A stretch of 64,000 nucleotides of DNA from Desulfobulbaceae bacterium (GCA_020444175.1 JAHLLM010000004.1:13399-77398), one strand, 5' to 3'; counted from the first letter of the stretch, positions 16,494 to 25,331 are shown. Notes: generated by a model from the sequence alone, not told the origin. Translations and numbers: made by a program.

Positions 16494-17159
16494 TTGAATA
16501 TGACAAAGCTGTTCCTGAAAATTTTACTGGGCATGATTTTTCTGTCTCTTGTTTTTATTGTCGAGTTTGAGTTGTTTGGCCATGATTTTGAGGCTCTTTT
16601 CAATCAACAGAAATGTATTGACTGGTTTACTCAAATAAAAGCTTATGGCTGGCTTTGCGGGATTGGGTTACTGGTCGGAGATCTTGTCCTGCCCGTTCCT
16701 GCAACCGGTATCATGGCTGCCCTTGGCAATGTTTACGGTATTCTTCCGGGGGCTTTTTTCGGCATAATAGGTTCTGCGGGGGCCGGTTTTGTGGGGTATG
16801 GTGCAGCCCGCCTGCTGGGCGATAAAGGACGAAGATATCTTGCCTCGGATGAGGAGCTTGATCGTTTTCAGGTTTTCTTTGACAAATGGGGAGGCGCGGC
16901 CATTATATTGAGCCGTATCCTGCCTATTTTGCCTGAAATCATGACCATCCTTGCCGGGATTGCCCGTATGCATCCTGTCAGGTTTTCGGTTTCGCTTTTA
17001 TTAGGCACTGTTCCCACCTGTTTTCTCTTTTCCTGGATCGGGTACTCTTCCCGTTCAACGCCGGTTTTCGGTATAGTGCTGGCTATACTCATACCTGTGC
17101 TGCTCTGGCCCATTTTTTTACGATATATTTCTATAAAAAAACCAGAGAATTCCAACTGA
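16494..17159 (+). CDS. DedA-superfamily / TVP38-TMEM64 (VTT domain) membrane protein
   Basis: 221 aa polytopic membrane protein. Typical VTT-domain look: VLPVPATGIMAALG, FFDKWGGAAIILSRILPILP. Confidence 0.7.
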   Translation: MNMTKLFLKILLGMIFLSLVFIVEFELFGHDFEALFNQQKCIDWFTQIKAYGWLCGIGLLVGDLVLPVPATGIMAALGNVYGILPGAFFGIIGSAGAGFVGYGAARLLGDKGRRYLASDEELDRFQVFFDKWGGAAIILSRILPILPEIMTILAGIARMHPVRFSVSLLLGTVPTCFLFSWIGYSSRSTPVFGIVLAILIPVLLWPIFLRYISIKKPENSN

Positions 17160-17212
17160 TATGCAACTTGTTCCATTGACTTCATTTTTCTGGTTTGATA
17201 CCTTGAAGGGTA

Positions 17213-18451
17213 TTGATGAAAGAGAGTAAACCACATAAAAAAACAGGTGTCTGGCTTGTTGGAGGACTTGGCTCAATTGCCGTTACCGTCATGGTCGGTG
17301 CCCTGGGCTTCCGAAAAGGCCTTGTTCCTTCATCAGGAATGGTGACAGAGAGTGAGGCGTTTTCTCAAATTGAGTTACCTGATGTCAGTGAATTTGAATT
17401 TGGTGGCTGGGATATCCGTCAGGACACCGTTTATGCTGCAGCACAAAAAATGGTTCAGGAATGCCGGACCATTGATCCTTCACTTCTTGGAAAGATTGCC
17501 CCAGAGCTTGATGAAATAAACAGGTGGATGAAACCGGGGCTTACTCGCAATTGCGGCCAGGCCATAGAATCCCTGGCCGCGGGAAGCGCACCGGGGACGC
17601 GATCTCTTCTTGAGGAAGTAAACGAGCTGCGCAGCCATCTGCGTTCTTTTAAGGAGGAAAAGGGGCTTACTGGTCTTGTCGTTATCAATCTTGCCTCCAC
17701 CGAGCCTTCTCTTGACCTGCAAGAGCATCATGAAAGCATTGCCTTGTTTGAAGCGCGTATAGCGGAAAATAAGGCGTGTGATATCCGGGCAAGCAGTCTC
17801 TATTCGTATGCCGCTCTTCTGGAAAGATGCCCTGTAATCAACTTTACCCCGTCTCCCGGTACACTGATTCCTGCTCTGATTGACTTTGCCGGACACCAGG
17901 GACTTCCTGTTATGGGCAATGATGGAAAGACAGGAGAAACCCTGGTGAAATCGGCTCTTGCTCCCATGTTTCTTTCACGGAATCTGGAAATACTCAGTTG
18001 GGAAGGGTTTAATATCCTTGGAAACATGGATGGCGAGATTCTGAATACCTCTGAAAACCGGGCAACGAAAATTAAATCAAAGGATAAGGTTTTAAGCGGC
18101 ATCCTGGGTTATCAGCCTCATTCCAGGGTGCATATAAATTATGTGCCCTCCCTAGGCGATCAGAAAACAGCGTGGGATTTTATTCATTTTCAGGGCTTTC
18201 TCGGTGCAAAGATGTCCTTGCAGTTTACCTGGCAGGCCTATGATTCCCTGCTGGCGGCTCCTCTTGTCCTTGATCTGGTTCGCCTGGCGCAACTGGCAAA
18301 AGAGAGAGGGGAATCCGGTGTCATGCCGCATCTGGCAAGTTTTTTCAAGGCACCGCTTGGCACGGATTGTTTTGATCATCATCAGCAGACAGATATGCTG
18401 GTGCAATATATTTCACAGGTTACAAGTGATGGAGGAGAATCATGGGAGTGA
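17213..18451 (+). CDS. ino1: myo-Inositol-1-phosphate (inositol-3-phosphate) synthase
   Basis: 412 aa. N-terminal Rossmann VWLVGGLGSIA. MIPS-typical GNDGKTGETLVKSALAPMF and FNILGNMDGEIL. Confidence 0.85.
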   Translation: MMKESKPHKKTGVWLVGGLGSIAVTVMVGALGFRKGLVPSSGMVTESEAFSQIELPDVSEFEFGGWDIRQDTVYAAAQKMVQECRTIDPSLLGKIAPELDEINRWMKPGLTRNCGQAIESLAAGSAPGTRSLLEEVNELRSHLRSFKEEKGLTGLVVINLASTEPSLDLQEHHESIALFEARIAENKACDIRASSLYSYAALLERCPVINFTPSPGTLIPALIDFAGHQGLPVMGNDGKTGETLVKSALAPMFLSRNLEILSWEGFNILGNMDGEILNTSENRATKIKSKDKVLSGILGYQPHSRVHINYVPSLGDQKTAWDFIHFQGFLGAKMSLQFTWQAYDSLLAAPLVLDLVRLAQLAKERGESGVMPHLASFFKAPLGTDCFDHHQQTDMLVQYISQVTSDGGESWE

Positions 18452-19629
18452 GAATTTTCATTTGTCTTGTTGTCGGTTGTTTGCTGTCTTTTGGCAATAC
18501 CGCCATGGGTGAAGAGCTAACAGTCAAGCCACAAGCGCGGGCCAGCGATCTTTCTTTAAAAAAAGAGGTGAGCCATGCCCTGGAAAAAGGGCTTGGCTGG
18601 CTTGAAAAAAATCAAAATTCAGGCGGCTACTGGTCGCAGCCGGAGCATCCTGCTTTGACGGCTTTGGTTCTCACCGCTTTCATGGGCGAACCTGCCGGCA
18701 GAATCAAGTCTCATCCTCCGGAGTTTGTGACAAACGGTTATAAGTACCTGTTGTCCACAGTTCAGGGTGATGGTGGGATCTATGTCACGGATCTGGCCAA
18801 TTACAATACCTCCATTTCCATTATGGCTTTGCTGATGGCTGGGAATCCAAAATTTGATCCAGTCATCAGAAAGGCAAGAAATTTTACCGTGGGCCTGCAG
18901 AGTGATTTTGATGAAAAGGGCTCAATTGATAATCCCTATGACGGTGGCATTGGCTATGGCGGCCGTTATAAACATTCCGACCTTTCCAATACCATGTTTG
19001 CCTTGGAAGCCATTCATTACACAAAACATCTGGCTGATAGTGGTGATGCAGCTAACGAACCGCTTGCTGAGCTCAACTGGTCTGCAGCCAGACGGTTTAT
19101 TGAACGCTGTCAAAATCTTCCGTCCACTAATGATCAACCCTGGGCCAGCGATGATCCTCAAAACAGGGGCGGTTTTGTCTATTTCCCTGGAGACAGCAAG
19201 GCTGGAGAGGTTGAGCTCCCCTCAGGGAAAAAGGCGCTGCGTTCCTACGGAAGTATCAGTTATGCCGGACTGCTGAGTTATATTTACGCGGATCTGGAAA
19301 AAAATGATAAACGTGTCCAGGCGGTTTTTGATTGGCTGCAGAAGAATTACACACTGGATGAAAATCCCGGTATGGGGGCGCAAGGACTCTTCTATTATTA
19401 TCACACCATGGCAAAAGCCCTTGCTGCCATGGGAGCCGAGGCTGATGAGCTGGAACTGGCTGACGGGAAGAAAGTCAACTGGAGACGCGATTTGGCCTTT
19501 AAGCTGCTCAATGTGCAAAATGCGGATGGCTTCTGGATGAATGAGAACGGTCGCTGGTGGGAGCGCGATCCTGTTCTGGTAACGGCCTATGCCGTGATTA
19601 CCCTGGAAGTTCTTTATCGCGGCCTGTAA
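18442..19629 (+). CDS. Secreted prenyltransferase/squalene-cyclase-repeat (alpha/alpha-toroid, terpene cyclase-like) protein
   Basis: 395 aa with a signal peptide (IFICLVVGCLLSFGNTAMG). Repeated QxxxGGW-type motifs: KNQNSGGYW, VQGDGGIY, VQNADGFW. GGAGGAG RBS. The start overlaps the MIPS stop by 10 nt. Confidence 0.7.
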   Translation: MGVRIFICLVVGCLLSFGNTAMGEELTVKPQARASDLSLKKEVSHALEKGLGWLEKNQNSGGYWSQPEHPALTALVLTAFMGEPAGRIKSHPPEFVTNGYKYLLSTVQGDGGIYVTDLANYNTSISIMALLMAGNPKFDPVIRKARNFTVGLQSDFDEKGSIDNPYDGGIGYGGRYKHSDLSNTMFALEAIHYTKHLADSGDAANEPLAELNWSAARRFIERCQNLPSTNDQPWASDDPQNRGGFVYFPGDSKAGEVELPSGKKALRSYGSISYAGLLSYIYADLEKNDKRVQAVFDWLQKNYTLDENPGMGAQGLFYYYHTMAKALAAMGAEADELELADGKKVNWRRDLAFKLLNVQNADGFWMNENGRWWERDPVLVTAYAVITLEVLYRGL

Positions 19630-19631
19630 GG

Positions 19632-20474
19632 GTGAGGCTCTCTTTCAGTACCAACGCCTTTACTCGCTTTACCGTTTGTGAGGCAGTGGGGAAAATTGGA
19701 GATCTTGGCTATCAGGGAGTGGAAATTCTGGCGGATGTTCCCCATCTTTATGCTGATAGCGTTGGGGAAGAAGAAGTGCGTGAACTCAAAGAAGCAGTAT
19801 CTCGCTCCCATCTCAAAGTGGCAAATATCAATACAAATACGGCGGCAGGGTACTATGCTGGAGCATTCTGGGAGCCTCTTTTTGAACCTTCGCTGGCCAA
19901 CCCGGATGAGATGGCAAGAAAATGGCGCATTGATTACACAAAAAAGGCGATTGATTTTGCGGTTTTTCTTGAATCGCCAGGGATAAGTATCACTTCCGGC
20001 AGGCCGGTTCCCGGTTGCGATCCTGAATATGGACTTGGTTTGCTGCAGGATTCTCTTGTTCAATTACTCGACTATGCCGGCCAGCGAGGGGTTAGAATAG
20101 GTATAGAGTATGAACCAGGACTCCTCATCGAGTCCTGCCGTGAGTTGGCGGAATTTCTTCAAGTGCTTGATAGCCCAATGCTTGGGGCAAACCTGGATCT
20201 CGGTCATAGTTATCTGCTTGGTGAAGATGTGGCTGATGTTCTGCGCCAACTTGACGGGAAGGTTTTTCATATCCATCTGGAAGATATGAAGGGCAAAAAA
20301 CATTTTCATCTTATTCCTGGACTTGGTAGTATGAATTTTGAGCATTTGCTCACAACGTTAAAGGAAAAATATGACGGATTTGTCACGGTGGAGCTGTACA
20401 CCTATCCCCAATCTCCGGAAGAGGCGGCCCGCAGGGCAATGTCCTATTTGCTCCAGTTCCCGGTCTGGTCATAA
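19632..20474 (+). CDS. Xylose-isomerase-like TIM-barrel protein (sugar phosphate isomerase/epimerase; EboE-like), copy 1
   Basis: I prefer the GTG start at 19632 (in frame with track start 19557). It gives RLSFSTNAFTRF...GYQGVEILAD, colinear with the paralog start at 21287 (MKFAFSSNAFRKY...GYEGIEIMAD). It sits 3 nt after the previous stop. Confidence 0.75.
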   Translation: MRLSFSTNAFTRFTVCEAVGKIGDLGYQGVEILADVPHLYADSVGEEEVRELKEAVSRSHLKVANINTNTAAGYYAGAFWEPLFEPSLANPDEMARKWRIDYTKKAIDFAVFLESPGISITSGRPVPGCDPEYGLGLLQDSLVQLLDYAGQRGVRIGIEYEPGLLIESCRELAEFLQVLDSPMLGANLDLGHSYLLGEDVADVLRQLDGKVFHIHLEDMKGKKHFHLIPGLGSMNFEHLLTTLKEKYDGFVTVELYTYPQSPEEAARRAMSYLLQFPVWS

Positions 20475-20486
20475 GAGGAGAAGACT

Positions 20487-21287
20487 ATGCGCATGATTGA
20501 ACCCCATATCCATACAATGGTGAGAACGACTGATGATTATTACAATATGGCGGTGGCGGGAATTGTCGCCTGTGTAGAACCTTCTTTCTGGTCAGGTATG
20601 GATCGTCGTTCTGTTGCCTGTTTTGAGGATTACTGGGAGCATATGCTTACTGTGGAAACCGAACGGGCCAGGAAATACGGTATTAAGCATTACGTCATGC
20701 TCAGCCTGAACCCGAAGGAGGCCAGGAATGAAATTGCCCATGATGTGGTTGATGCAATGGAAAAGTTTCTTGATCATCCAGCCGTGGTGGGGATTGGCGA
20801 AATAGGCTTTGACCTGATTACCGAGCAGGAGGAGGAAATTTTCCGTCGGCAGCTGCAAATGGGCAATGCGCGTAAAATGCCTATCTGTATCCACTCACCC
20901 CATCAGAATAAACTGAAGGGGATTGAGCGTATTATAGAGATCATCGAAGATGAGGGAGTGGCCCAGGAACGTATTGTCATTGATCATAATACGGAAGAGA
21001 CCATTGAGCTCAGCCTGCAGACCCGATGCTGGATGGGGATGACCGTGTATTATGTCACCAAATTAAGTGCCGAAAGGGCGGTTGCCATCATTGGCCGCTA
21101 CGGTACAGACAGGATGATTGTGAACGGTTCAGCGGACTGGGGCTATTCCGATCCACTGGCTGTTCCCAAGGTGGCTATGTTGATGCGTAAAAGCGGAGAT
21201 TTTCCAGAGAGTTCCATTCAGAAAATCGTCTTTGAAAATCCTTATAATTTCCTGAATCATTCAGAAAATTTTGAGCTCGATACCTGA
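20487..21287 (+). CDS. TatD-family metal-dependent hydrolase (EboB-like)
   Basis: 266 aa. TatD/amidohydrolase ligand pattern: EPHIH, GEIGFD, ICIHSPH, VIDH. Confidence 0.7.
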   Translation: MRMIEPHIHTMVRTTDDYYNMAVAGIVACVEPSFWSGMDRRSVACFEDYWEHMLTVETERARKYGIKHYVMLSLNPKEARNEIAHDVVDAMEKFLDHPAVVGIGEIGFDLITEQEEEIFRRQLQMGNARKMPICIHSPHQNKLKGIERIIEIIEDEGVAQERIVIDHNTEETIELSLQTRCWMGMTVYYVTKLSAERAVAIIGRYGTDRMIVNGSADWGYSDPLAVPKVAMLMRKSGDFPESSIQKIVFENPYNFLNHSENFELDT

Positions 21288-22105
21288 TGAAATTTGCTTT
21301 CAGTTCAAATGCCTTCCGAAAATACTCGCTGATTGAAACTATCAAAATTCTTTCTGATATCGGTTATGAAGGAATAGAAATAATGGCGGACAGGCCCCAT
21401 GCCTTTCCGCCTGATTTGTTTCCGGATGATATTGCCGCTCTTAAAAAGACCCTGAGAGACTGTAATATGCAGGTCTCAAATATCAATGCATTCATGCTCC
21501 ACGCCATAGGCGACACCTGGCACCCTTCCTGGATAGAGGTAGATGAGGAGCTGCGGCGGCAGAGAGTGGAGCACACCAAGGATTGCATCAGGCTGGCAGC
21601 ATCTCTTGGTGTTGCCAGCATCTCAACCGAACCTGGCGGACCTTTGGACGGCATGGATGAAAAGAAGGGGCGGGAGCTCTTTTTGGACGGGCTCATGGAG
21701 GTGCAGGAGCTGGCACGCCGTGAAAACATCAGGGTGCTCATAGAGCCGGAACCGGATCTGCTCATCGAAAACAGCACGCAGTTTATCGATTTTTTTAAGC
21801 TGCTTGATCCGCATGTTTTTGGGCTTAATTTTGACATTGGTCATTTTTTTTGCGTAGGTGAAGATCCCGCTTTTCTGGTTGAAAAAATGGCAGGATGCAC
21901 CGGGCACTATCACCTGGAGGATATTGCCGCAAGCCGGGTGCACCATCATCTTTTGCCAGGCCAGGGGGCAATTGATATTGCCGGGGTGCTGCATGCCATA
22001 AAAGAGAGTGATTATAATGGTTTTGTCACAGTGGAGCTCTATCCGTATGAGGATCGGCCGATTGAGACAGCTCGTGAGGCCTTGAGATTTCTGGAAAATC
22101 TCTAA
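21287..22105 (+). CDS. Xylose-isomerase-like TIM-barrel protein (sugar phosphate isomerase/epimerase; EboE-like), copy 2
   Basis: 272 aa, paralogous to 19632..20474. The ATG overlaps the preceding TGA by 1 nt. Confidence 0.75.
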   Translation: MKFAFSSNAFRKYSLIETIKILSDIGYEGIEIMADRPHAFPPDLFPDDIAALKKTLRDCNMQVSNINAFMLHAIGDTWHPSWIEVDEELRRQRVEHTKDCIRLAASLGVASISTEPGGPLDGMDEKKGRELFLDGLMEVQELARRENIRVLIEPEPDLLIENSTQFIDFFKLLDPHVFGLNFDIGHFFCVGEDPAFLVEKMAGCTGHYHLEDIAASRVHHHLLPGQGAIDIAGVLHAIKESDYNGFVTVELYPYEDRPIETAREALRFLENL

Positions 22106-22180
22106 CTGCAGAAATAAGAATTCAGGATTCTTTTCCTCCATCTTTGGGACCAATATGTCGGCGCTGGAGCAGAAAATAAT

Positions 22181-23068
22181 TTGAAAAACGTGGACACTAC
22201 TACAAAAATAAAGGGCTTTCTGCAGCTTGCCAGGTTCCCCAATACCTTTACGGCAATGGCTGATATTATGGCGGGAGTGCTCATTGTCTCGGGTTTTCAA
22301 TTCAATCTTTTTTCTCTGGGGTTTCTTTTGCTGGCAAGTGCTTCAATTTACGGAGCGGGTTGTGTATTAAATGATATCTGCGACCGCAAGGAAGATAGCA
22401 TCACCCGACCTTCTCGTCCACTTCCCTCCGGAGTTGTGTCCCTGCCCCAGGCTGCTCTCTTCTGTGTGGTTCTTTTTGGCACTGGCGTCTGCGCAGCAGC
22501 CATGGCTGGAAAGACATCGTTGCTTCTGGCAACCTGTCTTATCGCAGTGGTTATCACCTATGACTGCCTGAGCAAGAGTGTTTTCATCTTCGGGCCCTTG
22601 ACCATGGCGGCCTGCAGGTCTATTAACCTTCTGCTCGGCATGAGTGTTAATCTGACATTTGGACACGCTGCTGTTTTTCCTTTTCTTACCCTTGGCTATA
22701 TTTATTTTCTAACCTGGCTTGCCACCTTTGAAACAGGAAAAGAACAGGGAGCGGCCAGGTGGGTTATTTTTTGCGGGATTCATTTTATTCTGTCCGTGTT
22801 TTTACTGCTCACTGTGGCGAGGTATTTTCATCCGGACGGTCTTGCTTATCTGCTGCTGGTTTTGCTGGTCAGCGGTCCGCATCTCTGGAAAGCTGCTCTG
22901 AAACCAGGATCTGAGACAGCCGGTAAGTGTGTGAAGTGGCTGGTGCTTTCCATACCCCTTCTTGATGCCGCCTATGTGGCCGCAACCCATAACTGGCTTT
23001 ACGGGCTTCCCGTTGTTTTTTTTCTGGTTCCTTCCCTTATCTTTGCAAAAATATTCTATGTGACCTGA
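22181..23068 (+). CDS. UbiA-family aromatic/polyprenyl prenyltransferase (EboC-like)
   Basis: 295 aa with 8-9 TM helices. Asp-rich motif NDICDRKED (NDxxDxxxD). The track start is TTG 22181; GTG 22190 is an alternative. Confidence 0.8.
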   Translation: MKNVDTTTKIKGFLQLARFPNTFTAMADIMAGVLIVSGFQFNLFSLGFLLLASASIYGAGCVLNDICDRKEDSITRPSRPLPSGVVSLPQAALFCVVLFGTGVCAAAMAGKTSLLLATCLIAVVITYDCLSKSVFIFGPLTMAACRSINLLLGMSVNLTFGHAAVFPFLTLGYIYFLTWLATFETGKEQGAARWVIFCGIHFILSVFLLLTVARYFHPDGLAYLLLVLLVSGPHLWKAALKPGSETAGKCVKWLVLSIPLLDAAYVAATHNWLYGLPVVFFLVPSLIFAKIFYVT

Positions 23069-23072
23069 TGAT

Positions 23073-24404
23073 ATGAGAAAAAAAAGAGTTGTCGTGATTG
23101 ATGTTGTCGGACTGAGTTGCAGCCATCTGGAACAAAGAGAGGCTATCCCAAATATTTCCGCGCTCAGTGATTCCGGCATTTCATGCAACATGAAACCGCC
23201 ATTCCCCGCATTGACTTTGCCTGCCCAGGCCACATTGACAACAGGCCTTTCCCCCTCTCAACACGGGGTGGTTGCAAACGGATTCTATTTCCCTGAAAAT
23301 TTCCAGGTCTCTTTCTGGGAACAGGCCTGCAGTCTCGTGCAGGGAAAGCCTGTCTGGCAGCAGATACGGGAAGAAAATTCAGATCTCTCAACCGCTCTTC
23401 TGTTCATGCAGAATTCACTTTTTGCTGATTGCAAGGTGGTCATGACCCCCAAGCCAATGCACACCGAAGATGGACTTGTTCCCTGGTGCTATTCAAAACC
23501 CGTTGGTTTTTATGAAGAAGTGTGCCGTGATATTGGTGAATTCCCCCTCTACCATTATTGGGGCCCTCGTGCCGGTATTGAATCGAGCCGCTGGATTGCC
23601 GATGCCGCCCTGAAAACCCTGGAGATTCATGGGCCAGATCTGATGTTTGTTTATCTGCCCCATCTCGACTACTCCTGCCAGAAGTTCGGGCCGGGAAGTT
23701 CGGAGGTGATGGCTGAACTGACTCGGATTGATCATGAAGTTGGCAGAATTGTTGCCGGTGTCGATGCGCTTGGATTGCGTGATGAGACGGTTTTTGTTGT
23801 CCTTTCCGAGTACGCTTTTTCCACTGTGGTGGATGCCGTTCCCTTAAACCGCATTCTCCGCCAGCACAATCTTCTCCATGTCCGGGAAATAAGGGGGAAA
23901 GAGTACCTTGATTTTGAGTTGAGTCCTGCCTTTGCCATGGTTGATCATCAGATTGCCCATATTTATATCAAAGATGGTTTTAAGAAAGAAGTGGGTGCAG
24001 TGCTGGAAAAAGAGGATGGTATTGAAATGCTGCTGCAAGGCGATGGAGATAAAAAACTATATAACATTGACCATGGGCGGGCAGGCGACATCATAGCAGT
24101 CAGCAAGAGGGACAGGTGGTTTTCCTATTACTGGTGGCTGGACGATCGGTATGCTCCTGATTTTTCCGGAAAAGTGGATATCCATCGAAAGCCGGGTTAC
24201 GATCCGCTTGAGCTTTTTTTTGATCCAGAAACTCGGAAAATTCCCCAGGATACCAAGCTTATCCGAGGCTCCCACGGTTATCCGCCCCGAGCTGAAGAGG
24301 ATTTTGTCCCCCTCATCATAAACGGTAAGCTGCCTGATGAGCTTTTTGAGACAGGTATCGTGTCAATGGAAGATGTTGCTGGTTTTATAAAGAAAATACT
24401 CTAA
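23073..24404 (+). CDS. Alkaline phosphatase / nucleotide pyrophosphatase family protein (EboF-like)
   Basis: 443 aa. N-terminal VVVIDVVGLS...PALTLPAQATLTTGLSPSQHGVVANG (nucleophile region) and C-terminal GSHGYPP. Starts 4 nt after the UbiA stop. Confidence 0.75.
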   Translation: MRKKRVVVIDVVGLSCSHLEQREAIPNISALSDSGISCNMKPPFPALTLPAQATLTTGLSPSQHGVVANGFYFPENFQVSFWEQACSLVQGKPVWQQIREENSDLSTALLFMQNSLFADCKVVMTPKPMHTEDGLVPWCYSKPVGFYEEVCRDIGEFPLYHYWGPRAGIESSRWIADAALKTLEIHGPDLMFVYLPHLDYSCQKFGPGSSEVMAELTRIDHEVGRIVAGVDALGLRDETVFVVLSEYAFSTVVDAVPLNRILRQHNLLHVREIRGKEYLDFELSPAFAMVDHQIAHIYIKDGFKKEVGAVLEKEDGIEMLLQGDGDKKLYNIDHGRAGDIIAVSKRDRWFSYYWWLDDRYAPDFSGKVDIHRKPGYDPLELFFDPETRKIPQDTKLIRGSHGYPPRAEEDFVPLIINGKLPDELFETGIVSMEDVAGFIKKIL

Positions 24405-24514
24405 CAGACTGTTGAAAAACTACTGCACTCGAAGTCTCATTTTGTTGGCTATCTGCTGATACTGCGTCAGGATTCAGCGTTTCTGCGGTGCTCACTACGT
24501 TTTGCAACAGTCTG
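24405..24514. repeat. Intergenic palindromic repeat family 1, copy A
   Basis: Ends are CAGACTGTTGAAAAAC ... GTTTTGCAACAGTCTG. Internal CTGCTGATACTGCGTCA is shared (inverted) with the copy at 50184-50460. Confidence 0.7.
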
Positions 24515-24561
24515 CTCAGGAATGCTGGCACTATTTTCTAGAAAAAGAGGGCGTCTTCCTT

Positions 24562-25263
24562 TTATATTCTCAATTTTTTCCGTGAAAAACCTGCTATACC
24601 TGCAAGTCCAGTCCCAAAGAGCAACATGGTTGCCGGTTCGGGGATTGGATCAGGCGCAACATCATAACAGCCGCTGAGATTTGTCCAGTCCACCCCGAAA
24701 GAGCCTTCCACTGCGGTAAGTTCAACTTTAAGGAGGTGATCGTCTTCCAGGTAGGACCACACGTTTATATGGTTTGCTCCGTCACCGATCAATTCTGCTT
24801 CAATGGAAACGCCATCCCAGCTAAAAGTTGAGGTGCCATCCGGATCCTTGAAGTTTGCATTATATTCATCAGTTGAATCCAGATCAAAAAGCAGGGTCAT
24901 TTCTTCTGTTTCCTTATCCGAGCCGGCACCGCTTCCGCCCATGACATCGGTAAAGGCGAAGGTGAGATAGGCATAATGGAGGATGTCATCGGGAGTCATT
25001 TGGCCGGTGCCCATATATGATTCATCGTCCAAAAGAAAATCTTCCCCAAGAGTATGAACTTCAGAGTCGGCAAGCTTCCAGAGGTTCATGTCATCTTCAT
25101 TCAGGTTAAAGGTCCAGGTGTATGATGTCCCTTGTGAAAATTGAATGTCATCCGCGTAGAGGTCTTCAAAGTGAATATGCGTTGCCTGGGCCGGCTGGGT
25201 CAGGATAAAACCAAAGGCTACTGTTGCAAAGAGTGAAATTGGTGTATTCAGTTTTTTTGTCAT
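24562..25263 (-). CDS. PEP-CTERM sorting-domain protein
   Basis: 233 aa with a signal peptide. C-terminus PIPEPATMLLFGTGLAGIAGFSRKKLRI. Confidence 0.85.
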   Translation of the reverse strand: MTKKLNTPISLFATVAFGFILTQPAQATHIHFEDLYADDIQFSQGTSYTWTFNLNEDDMNLWKLADSEVHTLGEDFLLDDESYMGTGQMTPDDILHYAYLTFAFTDVMGGSGAGSDKETEEMTLLFDLDSTDEYNANFKDPDGTSTFSWDGVSIEAELIGDGANHINVWSYLEDDHLLKVELTAVEGSFGVDWTNLSGCYDVAPDPIPEPATMLLFGTGLAGIAGFSRKKLRI

Positions 25264-25317
25264 TTTTTTCCCCTGCTCTTTTCTTAGCTGTTTTTGAAAT
25301 ATTGAAAGATAAAAAAA

Positions 25318-25331
25318 GCAATTCTTGTTCC
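25318..25331 (-). promoter_or_regulatory. Candidate sigma-54 promoter for the PEP-CTERM gene 24562..25263
   Basis: Minus strand reads AGGAACAAGAATTGCT. GG-N10-GC register is correct and TTGCT is at -12. About 45-55 nt upstream of the ATG. Confidence 0.45.

Noticed and set aside
19557-19631. Over-extended alternative-start ORFs in the track: 19557 (TIM barrel), 35728 (MotA-like), 41711 (rnc), 34131 (isochorismatase), 54835 (Nudix), 50159 (TraB), 27862 (hybrid HK), 15754 (RHS) and 46431 (small protein).
   Set aside because: The N-terminal extensions overlap upstream genes or the tRNA, start at TTG/GTG, and lack homology-like sequence. Internal ATG/GTG codons with an RBS, and/or colinearity with paralogs and orthologs, give better starts. 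Those are the starts used in the feature table.
21623-22300. A 225-aa minus-strand ORF antisense to the second TIM-barrel gene and the UbiA gene.
   Set aside because: It spans an intergenic gap and two well-supported + strand genes. It has no recognisable motifs and is a typical antisense shadow.
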